Below are positions 16,348-24,464 of a stretch of DNA of 32,000 nt, piece after piece (position 1 is the first letter of the stretch; each line of letters starts with the position of its first letter). A program made the position numbers and the translations under genes. The stretch comes from Delftia acidovorans NBRC 14950 (GTDB lineage: Bacteria > Pseudomonadota > Gammaproteobacteria > Burkholderiales > Burkholderiaceae_C): NCBI RefSeq assembly GCF_001598795.1, contig NZ_BCZP01000007.1:270001-302000 (forward strand), given 5' to 3'. The notes under the pieces are model-generated. The model saw only the letters and a list, made by a program, of their open reading frames with translations. It was not told where the DNA came from and made no database searches.

Positions 16348-17508
16348 TCAGCTTTGCGACGCGCGCGGCGAGTACAGGTTGGCAACGGTCTCGCCTAGCG
16401 GCCCGCCCACTCCGCCAGCCAGCCTGTCGCGCACGGACAGCGGCAGCAGCGGGAAGACCAGCTCGGCAAAGCGGTAGGCCTCTTCCAGGTGCGGATAGCC
16501 GGACAGCACAAAGGTGTCTATGCCCAGGTCCGCGTACTCCTTGATGCGGTCGGCCACGGTCTGCGCATCGCCCACCAGGGCCGTGCCCGCGCCCCCGCGC
16601 ACCAGGCCCACGCCGGCCCAGAGGTTGGGGCTGATCTCCAGCTCGGCCCGCGTGCGGCGGCTGCCGCCGGCATGCAGGGCGGCCATGCGGCGCTGGCCTT
16701 CCGAGTCCATGCGCGCGAAGGCGGCCTGGGCCTGGACCACGGTCTCGTCCTTGAGGCGGCTGATCAGGCGATCGGCATCGGCCCAGGCCTCATCCTCGGT
16801 CTCGCGCACGATGACGTGCAGGCGGATGCCGAACTTCACGCTGCGGCCATGGCGCGCCGCCTTCTCGCGCACATCGGCAATCTTTTTGGCCACCTCGGCC
16901 GGGGGCTCGCCCCAGGTCAGGTAGGCATCGACCTGCTCGGCGGCCAGGTCGTGCGCGGCCTCGGACGAACCGCCGAAGTACACGGGCGGATACGGCTTTT
17001 GCAGCGGCGGGAACAACAGCTTGGCGCCCTTGACCGAGAGGTGTTCACCTTCGTAGTCGAGCGTGCCGCCCTCATGGCTGCGCTCAAGGATCTCGCGCCA
17101 GATGCGGATGAACTCGGCCGATTGCTCGTAGCGCTGCGCATGGTCGAGGAAGACGCCGTCGCCCTCCAGCTCGGCGCGGTCGCCGCCCGTGACCAGGTTG
17201 ATCAGCAGCCGCCCGCCCGACAGGCGGTCGAACGAGGCCGCCATGCGCGCCGCCAGGCTAGGCTGGTGCAGGCCGGGACGCACGGCGACCAGGAACTTCA
17301 GGCGCTTGGTGACCGGAATCAGGCTGGAGGCGACGACCCAGGGGTCCTCGCAGGAGCGGCCCGTGGGAATCAGCACGCCCTCGTAGCCCAGGCTGTCGGC
17401 CGCGATGGCGACCTGCTTGACATAGTCGTGGCTGAGCGGGCGGGCGCCCTCGGCCGTGCCGAGGTAGCGGCTGTCGCCGTGGGTGGGAATGAACCAGAAA
17501 ACCTGCAT
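16348..17508 (-). CDS. ssuD: FMNH2-dependent alkanesulfonate monooxygenase
   Basis: [21 protein letters not shown]... is the characteristic SsuD N-terminus. 386 aa of the luciferase-like monooxygenase family. Confidence 0.92.
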   Translation of the reverse strand: MQVFWFIPTHGDSRYLGTAEGARPLSHDYVKQVAIAADSLGYEGVLIPTGRSCEDPWVVASSLIPVTKRLKFLVAVRPGLHQPSLAARMAASFDRLSGGRLLINLVTGGDRAELEGDGVFLDHAQRYEQSAEFIRIWREILERSHEGGTLDYEGEHLSVKGAKLLFPPLQKPYPPVYFGGSSEAAHDLAAEQVDAYLTWGEPPAEVAKKIADVREKAARHGRSVKFGIRLHVIVRETEDEAWADADRLISRLKDETVVQAQAAFARMDSEGQRRMAALHAGGSRRTRAELEISPNLWAGVGLVRGGAGTALVGDAQTVADRIKEYADLGIDTFVLSGYPHLEEAYRFAELVFPLLPLSVRDRLAGGVGGPLGETVANLYSPRASQS

Positions 17509-17546
17509 GCGCTGCTCCAGTCAGGGGACGGAATCGAGGAAGGAAA

Positions 17547-18602
17547 TCAAAGGGCGGAAGAAGGCCGTGCCGCCGCAGGCTCGGCCAGCCGCGCGTACTC
17601 GGCCGCCGAGGGCCGCCAGACGATGTCGGCCACCTGCACCTGGCGCGGAATCAGGCCCAGCCGAAAAAACGCATCGGCCACGCGCTGCTGGTCCACCACG
17701 GTCTGCGCAGCCAGCAGGCCCACGGGGGAGCTGGGCCGGCGCGCAATGAAGCGGCTGACCACCGCCGCATCCAGACCGCTGAAGCCGGCCACCAGGGCCA
17801 CGGCCTCCTGGCGCGCGCTCTGAGCCAGGCGATCGGCGCGCGTGAGCTCGTCGAACAGCGCGCGCAGCACCTGCGGATGGCGCTCCACCAGGCCGCGAGA
17901 GGCCAGGTAGAACGAGGCGTTGCCCGACAGGCCTTCGCCATTGGCCAGCACGCGCGGGCGAATCGCCAGCTCGGTGGCCGCGTAGAACGGGTCCCAGATG
18001 GCCCAGGCATCCACGCTCTTGCGCTCGAAGGCGGCGCGCGCATCGGCCGGGGCCAGGTACACGGGCTGGATCTCGTTCCAGGCCAGGCCCGCCTTGTCCA
18101 GCGCACGCACCAGCAGGTAATGGGCGCTGGAGCCTTTTTGCAGCGCCACGCGCCGGCCCTTGAGGTCGGCCAGGGCGCGCAGCGGCGAGTCCGACGGCAC
18201 GAGGATGGCCGAGCTTTCGGGCTTGGGCGGCTCGGCACCCACGTACAGCAGGTCGCGGCCCGCGGCCTGGGCAAAGACCGGGGGTGAATCGCCGGTCAGG
18301 CCGAAATCCAGGCTGCCGGCGGCCAGGGCCTCCAGCAGCTGGGGGCCGGCCGGAAACTCCAGCCAGCTGACCTTGGTGCCCGCAAAGCGCTTTTCCAGCA
18401 CGCCTTGCTGCTTGAGGATGACCAGGTTGACGGCTGACTTCTGGTAGCCGATGCGCAACTGCTCGGGCCCGGCCACGGCGGCCGGCGTCTCGGCGCGTGC
18501 GTACTGGCCGGCCAGGCTCCAGCTGAAGGCGGTGGTGCCCAGCAGTTGCAGGGCCTGGCGGCGCACGCGGTCCAGGCGGGGCTTCTTGGAATTGGCATTC
18601 AT
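17547..18602 (-). CDS. ssuA: aliphatic sulfonate ABC transporter substrate-binding protein
   Basis: 351 aa of the NMT1/SsuA-type binding-protein family (LRIGYQKSAVNLVILKQQGVLEKRF...). It has an Arg-rich signal and AAGGAG upstream. Confidence 0.85.
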   Translation of the reverse strand: MNANSKKPRLDRVRRQALQLLGTTAFSWSLAGQYARAETPAAVAGPEQLRIGYQKSAVNLVILKQQGVLEKRFAGTKVSWLEFPAGPQLLEALAAGSLDFGLTGDSPPVFAQAAGRDLLYVGAEPPKPESSAILVPSDSPLRALADLKGRRVALQKGSSAHYLLVRALDKAGLAWNEIQPVYLAPADARAAFERKSVDAWAIWDPFYAATELAIRPRVLANGEGLSGNASFYLASRGLVERHPQVLRALFDELTRADRLAQSARQEAVALVAGFSGLDAAVVSRFIARRPSSPVGLLAAQTVVDQQRVADAFFRLGLIPRQVQVADIVWRPSAAEYARLAEPAAARPSSAL

Positions 18603-18625
18603 GGTGCGGACTCCTTGCAGTGGGC

Positions 18626-19636
18626 TCAGGGGCGCGACGCGATCAGGTCCACCGGCGCGGCATGCAGCAGGTTGAGCTTGCGGGGGATGAGCTTGAGCTC
18701 GAAGAAGGTGTCGGCGATCTGCTGCTGCTCGGCCAGGATCTCGCGCGTCACGGACGAGGTGCCGAAGCGGGCACGGCTCAGGTACAGCTCGGTGATGGAC
18801 TTGTCCAGGCCCAGGATGCTGGACAGCTCGGCGGCAGCGGCCGTCTGGTTCTTCGAGGCCCAGCGGTCAATCCCATCGACCTCTTCGATGGCAATGCGCA
18901 GCACATCGGCATTGCGCGTGGCGAAATCGCGCGAGGTGAAGTAGTAGGCGCGGTTGTTGACCACGCCCGTGGCATCGGCCAGCAGGCGGGCGTCCAGCGT
19001 CTTTTGGGCGGCAGCCAGGAAGGGGTCCCAGATCAGCCAGGCATCGACGGAGCCGCGCTCGAAGGCGGCGCGCGCATCGGCCGGCGCCAGGAAGACGGAC
19101 TGCACATCGCCGTACTTCAAGCCATGCTTTTCCAGCAGCTTGACCAGGAAGTACTGCACGTTCGAGCCCTTGTTGTAGGCCACGCGCTTTCCCTTGAGGT
19201 CCTGCACGCTGCGGATGGGCGAATCCTTGGGAACGATCACCGCCTCCAGCCCGGGGCGCGGCACGGTGGCGCCCGCATAGACCAGGGGTGCGCCTGCAGC
19301 CTGCGCAAAGATGGGTGGGGCCTCGCCCACATCGCCGAAGTCGATGGAGCCCACGTTCAGCGCCTCCAGCTGCACGGGGCCGGCGTTGAACTCGATCCAG
19401 CGCACGGATACGCCCAGCGGCGCCAGCCGCTTTTCCAGCGTGCCCCGGCTCTTCAGGATGGACAGCCAGCCCTTTTGGTGGCCCACGCGCAGCACGCGGT
19501 CGCCCGCCTTGTCCTGGGCCAGGGCCGGGCCGCCCACCGTGGCGACTGCTGCGGCAAGGCCCGCGCCCAGCAGTTGGCGTCGGCGCCAGTTGGCTGTGTG
19601 TCGGGGGAAAGAATCAAACGAGACCATGACGGACAT
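18626..19636 (-). CDS. second SsuA-like sulfonate/sulfate-ester substrate-binding protein with a Tat-type signal
   Basis: A paralogue of the downstream ssuA (LRVGHQKGWLSILKSRGTLEKRL..., ...FLAPADARAAFERGSVDAWLIWDPF). The signal reads WRRRQLLGAGLAAAVA. The start is the ATG at 19636 or 19627. Confidence 0.8.
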   Translation of the reverse strand: MSVMVSFDSFPRHTANWRRRQLLGAGLAAAVATVGGPALAQDKAGDRVLRVGHQKGWLSILKSRGTLEKRLAPLGVSVRWIEFNAGPVQLEALNVGSIDFGDVGEAPPIFAQAAGAPLVYAGATVPRPGLEAVIVPKDSPIRSVQDLKGKRVAYNKGSNVQYFLVKLLEKHGLKYGDVQSVFLAPADARAAFERGSVDAWLIWDPFLAAAQKTLDARLLADATGVVNNRAYYFTSRDFATRNADVLRIAIEEVDGIDRWASKNQTAAAAELSSILGLDKSITELYLSRARFGTSSVTREILAEQQQIADTFFELKLIPRKLNLLHAAPVDLIASRP

Positions 19637-19661
19637 CCTTGGAAGAGTGGTGCGTGGCTCA

Positions 19662-19677
19662 GGCAAAGCGCTGCCCA
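19662..19677 (-). promoter_or_regulatory. weak sigma54-like -24/-12 element upstream of the ssu operon
   Basis: The minus strand reads TGGGCAG-CGCT-TTGCC. The GG-N10-GC spacing is correct against the consensus TGGCACG-N4-TTGCW, but the positions flanking GG do not match. It sits 26-41 nt upstream of the first ssu start codon. Confidence 0.25.
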
Positions 19678-19736
19678 TGCATGCGCGCGGCATGCAGCCA
19701 GAAAACAAAAAAAGGGAAGGCGGAGCAAGGGGCGGC

Positions 19737-19762
19737 CGCCTGCAGGGCCGGGCCTGCAGGCG
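19737..19762. repeat. 10-bp-stem palindrome CGCCTGCAGG-GCCGGG-CCTGCAGGCG
   Basis: Two copies of the self-complementary octamer CCTGCAGG, 6 bp apart, extended by CG/CG. It lies about 100 bp upstream of the ssu start. On the minus strand a T7GT4 tract (19700-19716) follows about 20 nt later. Confidence 0.6.
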
Positions 19763-19843
19763 CACCGCACGGAGTCGTCAGGTGCTACATCGCCGGCTGG
19801 CGAAGGCCATGGTCTCGAAGCGAAGAAAAGAGCTGGATGCCAC

Positions 19844-19879
19844 CACGCCTGCCACGCCTGCCTTGCCTGCCACTCCTGC
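19844..19879. repeat. four tandem degenerate 9-mers (CACGCCTGC CACGCCTGC CTTGCCTGC CACTCCTGC)
   Basis: Read directly from the sequence. A fifth exact CACGCCTGC lies at 19892-19900. The repeats sit in the sbp-ssu intergenic region. Confidence 0.8.
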
Positions 19880-20037
19880 CTTGTGCATCCGCACGCCTGC
19901 CTGCGCCGTGCGGCGCGCGGCCTGCAAAGAGTGGCGGGAGGTCAGGAAGATGGACATGGCGGATCGTGGGGGTTGGCAGGGGTCTGGGACAGCGGGTGAA
20001 TCAGTGGGTGGGCGCCGGCCGGGCCGGCGCGCTGCAC

Positions 20038-21060
20038 TCACTTCTTGGTGTAGATCTGGTCGAAGCTGCCGCCGTCGGCAAAGTGGTCCTTGTCAGCCTT
20101 GGCCCAGCCGCCAAAGGCCTGGTCGATGGTGACCAGCTCCAGCTTGGGGAACTTGTCCGCAAACTCGGCCTTGACCTTGGCATCGGTGGGACGGTAGTAG
20201 TTGCGGCCGGCGATGCGCTGGCCTTCCTCGGAGTACAGGTACTTCAGGTACTCCTCGGCCACGGCGCGCGTGCCCTTCTTGTCCACGACCTTGTCGACCA
20301 CGGCCACCGAAGGCTCGGCCAGGATGGACAGCGAAGGCACGACGATCTGGAACTTCTCGGGACCGAACTCCTTGAGTGCCAGGAAGGCCTCGTTCTCCCA
20401 GGCCAGCAGCACATCGCCCACGCCGCGCTGCACGAAGGTGATGGTGGCGCCGCGCGCGCCGGTGTCCAGCACGGGCACGTTCTTGAACAGCTTGCCGATG
20501 AAGTCCTTGGCCTGTGCGTCGCCGCCGTACTTGCGCTTGGCGAATTCCCAGGCGGCCAGGTAGTTCCAGCGCGCACCGCCGCTGGTCTTGGGGTTGGGCG
20601 TGATCACCTGCACGCCGGGCTTGACCAGGTCGTCCCAGTCCTTGAGGTTCTTGGGATTGCCCTTCTTCACCAGGAAGACGATGGTGGAGCTGTAGGGCGC
20701 CGAGTTGTGCGGCAGGCGCTTTTGCCAGTCGGCCTTGAGCAGGTTGCCGTTCTTGACCAGGGCGTCGATGTCGCCGGCCAGCGCCAGCGTGGCCACGTCG
20801 GCGTCGATGCCGTCGATGATGGAACGCGCCTGCTTGCCCGAGCCGCCATGCGACTGCTTGACGCTCACGTCCTGGCCGCTCTTGGCCTTCCAGTGCTTGG
20901 CGAAGGCCTGGTTGTACTCCACGTACAGCTCGCGCGTCGGATCGTAGGAGACATTGAGCAGTTGCACCGACTGGGCCAACGCCGGCAGAGCCGACAGGGT
21001 CAAGCCCGCGATCAGGCCGGCGGCGACAGGAAACTTGATAAAGTGGCGGCGAATTTTCAT
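20038..21060 (-). CDS. sbp: sulfate (thiosulfate) ABC transporter substrate-binding protein
   Basis: 340 aa with a signal peptide. [31 protein letters not shown] is the Sbp/CysP signature region. Confidence 0.9.
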   Translation of the reverse strand: MKIRRHFIKFPVAAGLIAGLTLSALPALAQSVQLLNVSYDPTRELYVEYNQAFAKHWKAKSGQDVSVKQSHGGSGKQARSIIDGIDADVATLALAGDIDALVKNGNLLKADWQKRLPHNSAPYSSTIVFLVKKGNPKNLKDWDDLVKPGVQVITPNPKTSGGARWNYLAAWEFAKRKYGGDAQAKDFIGKLFKNVPVLDTGARGATITFVQRGVGDVLLAWENEAFLALKEFGPEKFQIVVPSLSILAEPSVAVVDKVVDKKGTRAVAEEYLKYLYSEEGQRIAGRNYYRPTDAKVKAEFADKFPKLELVTIDQAFGGWAKADKDHFADGGSFDQIYTKK

Positions 21061-21204
21061 TGGAGTGTCGGTAGAGAGTGGAGACGACGGTCTGGTGCCG
21101 TGGAAAGCATTCTCAAAGCCAACTCTTAAAACTCAAACCAATAAGATTTCAGTTTGTTATTCCAAAAACATCTGAATCTCCACAAGACAAGGACTCAATT
21201 CCCC

Positions 21205-21477
21205 ATGGCACGTACCGTTCACTGCATCAAGCTTGGCGTTGACGCTGAAGGCCTGGACTTCCCGCCCTACCCCGGCGAGCTGGGCAAGCGCATTTTTGAA
21301 GGCGTGAGCAAGCAGGCCTGGGCCGACTGGCTCAAGCACCAGACGATGCTGGTCAACGAAAACCGCCTGAACCTGGCCGACGCACGCGCCCGCCAGTACC
21401 TGGCCCGCCAGATGGAAAACCACTTCTTCGGCGGCGGCGCCGATGCGGCGGCCGGCTACGTGCCTCCTACGGCCTGA
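21205..21477 (+). CDS. yggX: Fe(2+)-trafficking / oxidative-damage protection protein
   Basis: [56 protein letters not shown] closely parallels E. coli YggX. 90 aa. Confidence 0.9.
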   Translation: MARTVHCIKLGVDAEGLDFPPYPGELGKRIFEGVSKQAWADWLKHQTMLVNENRLNLADARARQYLARQMENHFFGGGADAAAGYVPPTA

Positions 21478-21495
21478 GCCGCTTCGCGCCTTTTC

Positions 21496-21533
21496 ACCGC
21501 CCCCGTCGCAACGCGCCGGGGGCGGTTTCATTT
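21496..21533 (+). terminator. rho-independent terminator after yggX
   Basis: ACCGCCCCCG-(11 nt)-CGGGGGCGGT, a perfect 10-bp stem followed by TTCATTT. Confidence 0.7.
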
Positions 21534-21649
21534 GCGGTGCCGCAAACGGCCGCCGCCCAGAGACCGCCTACAATGCCCGCCTTCTTGCGCTGGACGGCGC
21601 AGTGGCCGCACACCCTGCGGCGCGGGCCGGTCTTCACCCGAGGTTTTCC

Positions 21650-22318
21650 GTGCTTCCATCCGTCTCCCTGCTGGAATCGTTCCAGGCATCGCAGTTCACC
21701 GTCATGCTGGTGATCTACCTCGTGGCCATCACGGCCGAAGCCATGTCGGGCGCGCTGGCGGCGGGCCGGCGCAACATGGACATCTTCGGCGTGGCCGTGA
21801 TCGCCTTCGTCACCGCGCTGGGCGGCGGCACCATCCGCGACATGGTGCTGGGCCACTACCCCATCGGCTGGACGCAGCACCCTGAATATGTCTACCTGGT
21901 CATCTCGGCCGGGCTGCTGACCATCGTCGTGGCGCGCCACATGCACCATCTCAAGCAGGTCTTTCTGCTGCTGGACGCCATGGGGCTGATCGCCTTCTCG
22001 CTGATCGGCTGCAACGTGGCGCTGGAGCTGGGCTATCCGCCCGTGGTGGTGGTGATGTCGGGCATGCTGACCGGCATCAGCGGCGGCATTCTGCGCGACG
22101 TGCTGTGCAACCAGGTGCCGGTCGTCTTCCGGCGCGAGCTGTACGCCAGCGTGTCGCTGGCCGTGTGCCTGCTGTTCCTGGGACTGCGCACGCTGGAAGT
22201 GGGCTCCAACCTCAGCACCGTCGTCTGCTTTGCCGGCGGACTCACGCTGCGCCTGGCTGCCATCCGCTTCAAGTGGCGGCTGCCCGTGTTCTCCTACCAG
22301 CAGCGCTGGGAGGAGTAG
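21650..22318 (+). CDS. trimeric intracellular cation channel (TRIC/UPF0126, YadS-like) family protein
   Basis: Two UPF0126 repeats, each with a glycine motif (LGGGTIRDMVLG and ISGGILRDVLCN). The GTG start at 21650 has GAGG upstream. An alternative ATG is at 21704. Confidence 0.8.
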   Translation: MLPSVSLLESFQASQFTVMLVIYLVAITAEAMSGALAAGRRNMDIFGVAVIAFVTALGGGTIRDMVLGHYPIGWTQHPEYVYLVISAGLLTIVVARHMHHLKQVFLLLDAMGLIAFSLIGCNVALELGYPPVVVVMSGMLTGISGGILRDVLCNQVPVVFRRELYASVSLAVCLLFLGLRTLEVGSNLSTVVCFAGGLTLRLAAIRFKWRLPVFSYQQRWEE

Positions 22319-22333
22319 TTCTGCCCCTTGCCC

Positions 22334-24274
22334 ATGTCCGAACCCATTGACTGGCTGCCCGATGGCACGCCCTACAGCCCGCGCTTCGGCGACCGCTACC
22401 ACAGCGAACTCGGCGGCCTGGACCAGGCCCGTCACGTCTTTCTGGGCGGCTGCGGCCTGCCGGCGGCCTGGGCCGATGCGCCGCAATGGCGCATCCTGGA
22501 GACCGGCTTCGGCTTCGGCCTGAATTTCCTCGTGGCCTGGGAAGCCTGGAAGACCGATCCCCGGCGCCCAAGGCTGCTGCATTTCGTCTCGGCCGAGGCC
22601 TTTCCCGTCAGTGCAGACGCCATGCGCCAGGCCCTGCCCCGGGAACCCGGCCTGCGTGCGCTGGCCGAGCAACTGGCGGCCCGGTTCCAGGGCCTGCTGC
22701 CCGGCGTGCACCGCCTCGCCTTCGAGCAGGGGCGCGTGCTGCTGACGCTGTACATCGGTGATGCCCAGGCCATGCTGCGGCGCCAGCAGCTCACGGCCGA
22801 CAGCATCTACCTGGACGGCTTCACGCCGGAACTCAACCCCGAGCTCTGGAGCGCCGAGACCCTGCGCGCGCTGGCGCGCCATTGCCGGCGCGGCACACAG
22901 CTGTCCACCTGGTGCGTGGCGCGCACGGTGCGCGATGGCCTGGCCCAGCACGGCTTTCAGGTCCGCAAGGTGGATGGCGTGCGCCCCAAGCGCCACAACC
23001 TGCATGCCGTGTTTGACCCGGCCTGGCAACCGCGTGGGCCGCGCGGGCCGCGTGCACAGCCGCAGGAAGCCATCACCCCACGGCGCTGCATGGTGCTGGG
23101 TGCAGGCATCGCCGGCGCGGCCGCCGCCGCCAGCCTGTCGCGCCGTGGCTGGCAGGTCACCGTGCTGGATGCTGCCGACGCGCCTGCAGCGGGCGCCTCG
23201 GCCCTGCCCGCGGGCCTGTTCTGCCCCCATGTCTCGCCCGATGACAGCCTGCTGTCCCGCCTGAGCCGCGACGGCGCACGCCTGACACTGGCGCAGCTGC
23301 AAATGCTCTCCGGCCAGGGCCTGCTGCAACCGGGCACGGACTGGTGCGATACCGGCGTGCTGGAGCATGGCGTGGAAGCCGCCCCGCGGCTGCCGCGCGA
23401 CTGGCAATCCCCCGGCCCGGGCGACCACTGGAGCCGGCCCGCAAGCGCCGATCAACTCTCGGCGGCCTGCCTGCCTGCCGACGCCCCGGCCTGCTGGCAT
23501 GCGCAGGCCGGCTGGGTGCGCCCGGCGCGGCTGGTGCAGGCGCAGCTGGCGCTGCCCGGCGTGCGCTGGCAGGGCCGCGCCTGCGTGGCGCGTCTTGCAT
23601 GCACCGACACAGCCGGTGGCGCGCCCGTCTGGCAGGCCCTGGATGCACAGGGCAATCTGCAGGCCGAGGCTGAACTGGTCGTTATCGCACTGGGCCCCGC
23701 AACGAATACGCTGCTGGAGCACAGCCTGGGCGCCCAGGCCGCCTGGCCGCTGCAGCCCATACGCGGCCAGGTCAGCTGGGATGTGCACACCCCGGCCAGC
23801 GCACATGCCATGCCGCCCTTCCCCGTCAACGGCCATGGCAACCTGGTGCCTGCCATGCCGCTGCCCGGCGATGCAGCCGGGCCAGGCTGGGTCATGGGAT
23901 CGACCTTCGAGCGCGACCAGACCGCGCTGCCGCCAAGTCCCGAAGACCAGGCCGCCGCCCATGCAGCCAATGGCGCCAAGCTGGCGCAGCTGCTGCCAGG
24001 TGCCTATCAGGGCCTGCAAGGCTTCTTCGACGCGCCACCGCGCGCCACCTGGGGCGCCGTGCGCGTGGCCTCGCCAGACCGGCTGCCCGTGGTCGGACCG
24101 GTGTCCGATCAGGCTCCCGGCCTGTGGGCCCTGACGGCCATGGGCTCGCGCGGGCTCACGCTGTCGCTGCTGTGCGGCGAGCTGCTGGCAGCACGCCTGC
24201 ACGACGAACCGCTGCCCCTGGATGCCAGGCTGGCGGCTGCCCTGGCCAGCGAGCGCCTGGGCCGCAGGCGCTGA
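22334..24274 (+). CDS. mnmC: bifunctional tRNA (mnm5s2U34) methyltransferase / FAD-dependent cmnm5s2U34 oxidoreductase
   Basis: The N-terminal MnmD domain shows ILETGFGFGLNFL and YLDGFTPELNPELWS. The C-terminal FAD domain shows MVLGAGIAGAAAAASLSRRGWQVTVLD. 646 aa. Confidence 0.88.
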   Translation: MSEPIDWLPDGTPYSPRFGDRYHSELGGLDQARHVFLGGCGLPAAWADAPQWRILETGFGFGLNFLVAWEAWKTDPRRPRLLHFVSAEAFPVSADAMRQALPREPGLRALAEQLAARFQGLLPGVHRLAFEQGRVLLTLYIGDAQAMLRRQQLTADSIYLDGFTPELNPELWSAETLRALARHCRRGTQLSTWCVARTVRDGLAQHGFQVRKVDGVRPKRHNLHAVFDPAWQPRGPRGPRAQPQEAITPRRCMVLGAGIAGAAAAASLSRRGWQVTVLDAADAPAAGASALPAGLFCPHVSPDDSLLSRLSRDGARLTLAQLQMLSGQGLLQPGTDWCDTGVLEHGVEAAPRLPRDWQSPGPGDHWSRPASADQLSAACLPADAPACWHAQAGWVRPARLVQAQLALPGVRWQGRACVARLACTDTAGGAPVWQALDAQGNLQAEAELVVIALGPATNTLLEHSLGAQAAWPLQPIRGQVSWDVHTPASAHAMPPFPVNGHGNLVPAMPLPGDAAGPGWVMGSTFERDQTALPPSPEDQAAAHAANGAKLAQLLPGAYQGLQGFFDAPPRATWGAVRVASPDRLPVVGPVSDQAPGLWALTAMGSRGLTLSLLCGELLAARLHDEPLPLDARLAAALASERLGRRR

Positions 24275-24285
24275 GCCGTTGAACC

Positions 24286-24308
24286 GCCCGGCCGCTGAAC
24301 GGCCGGGC
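24286..24308 (+). terminator. GC-rich hairpin after mnmC (weak T tail)
   Basis: GCCCGGCCG-CTGAA-CGGCCGGGC, a perfect 9-bp stem, followed by ATTCAC rather than a T-run. Confidence 0.4.
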
Positions 24309-24365
24309 ATTCACACAACGGCCTGAAAGAAAACCCGAGTCTTCCCGCAGACGGTTTTTGTCACT

Positions 24366-24396
24366 CGTTATGTTTGTTAGTGCATATCGCTAGAAT
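24366..24396 (+). promoter_or_regulatory. ModE-operator-like sequence abutting a TAGAAT -10 box, upstream of the receptor operon
   Basis: CGTTATGTTTGTTAGTGCATATCG (24366-24389) has the same 24-nt length and CG...CG ends as the E. coli modA operator as I recall it (CGTTATATTGTCGCCTACATAACG). The outer arms match 7/8 and 7/9. It fits TATAT-N7-TAYAT with one mismatch per half. TAGAAT lies at 24391-24396. Confidence 0.35.
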
Positions 24397-24464
24397 CCGG
24401 AACCTGTTTTCAAAAGGAAACAACCAGCCGCTCCCCGCGTTCAACCACACAAGAACCTGAAACC

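Noticed and set aside
14733-16385. 550-aa minus-strand ORF spanning ssuB and ssuC
   Set aside because: It is an off-frame read across two genes that have clear ABC motifs in other frames. The product is an extreme Arg/Ala/Gly/Pro polymer.
19778-20041. 87-aa minus-strand ORF in the sbp-ssu intergenic region (contains AGVAGKAGVAGV)
   Set aside because: It has no ribosome-binding site. The peptide repeat is simply the translation of the 9-bp DNA repeat. The basic, low-complexity product is most likely non-coding.
19639-21129. 496-aa plus-strand ORF
   Set aside because: It is antisense to the sulfate-binding protein gene and extends across the non-coding repeat region. It has no family features.
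21494-24310. 938-aa minus-strand ORF, the longest in the track
   Set aside because: It is antisense to the TRIC-family gene and mnmC, both of which have strong family motifs. The product is Arg/Ala/Gly/Gln-rich and low in complexity, with no domain features. It is a stop-codon-poor antisense frame.
24309-24464. Possible cobalamin riboswitch upstream of the receptor / BtuFCD-like operon
   Set aside because: The leader is too short: about 60-70 nt after the putative -10 box, against about 200 nt for a riboswitch. I cannot find the B12-box (GCCACUG-like) or the conserved GGGAA...GGUG...CCCGC core. Only a superficial AATCCGG resemblance is present.
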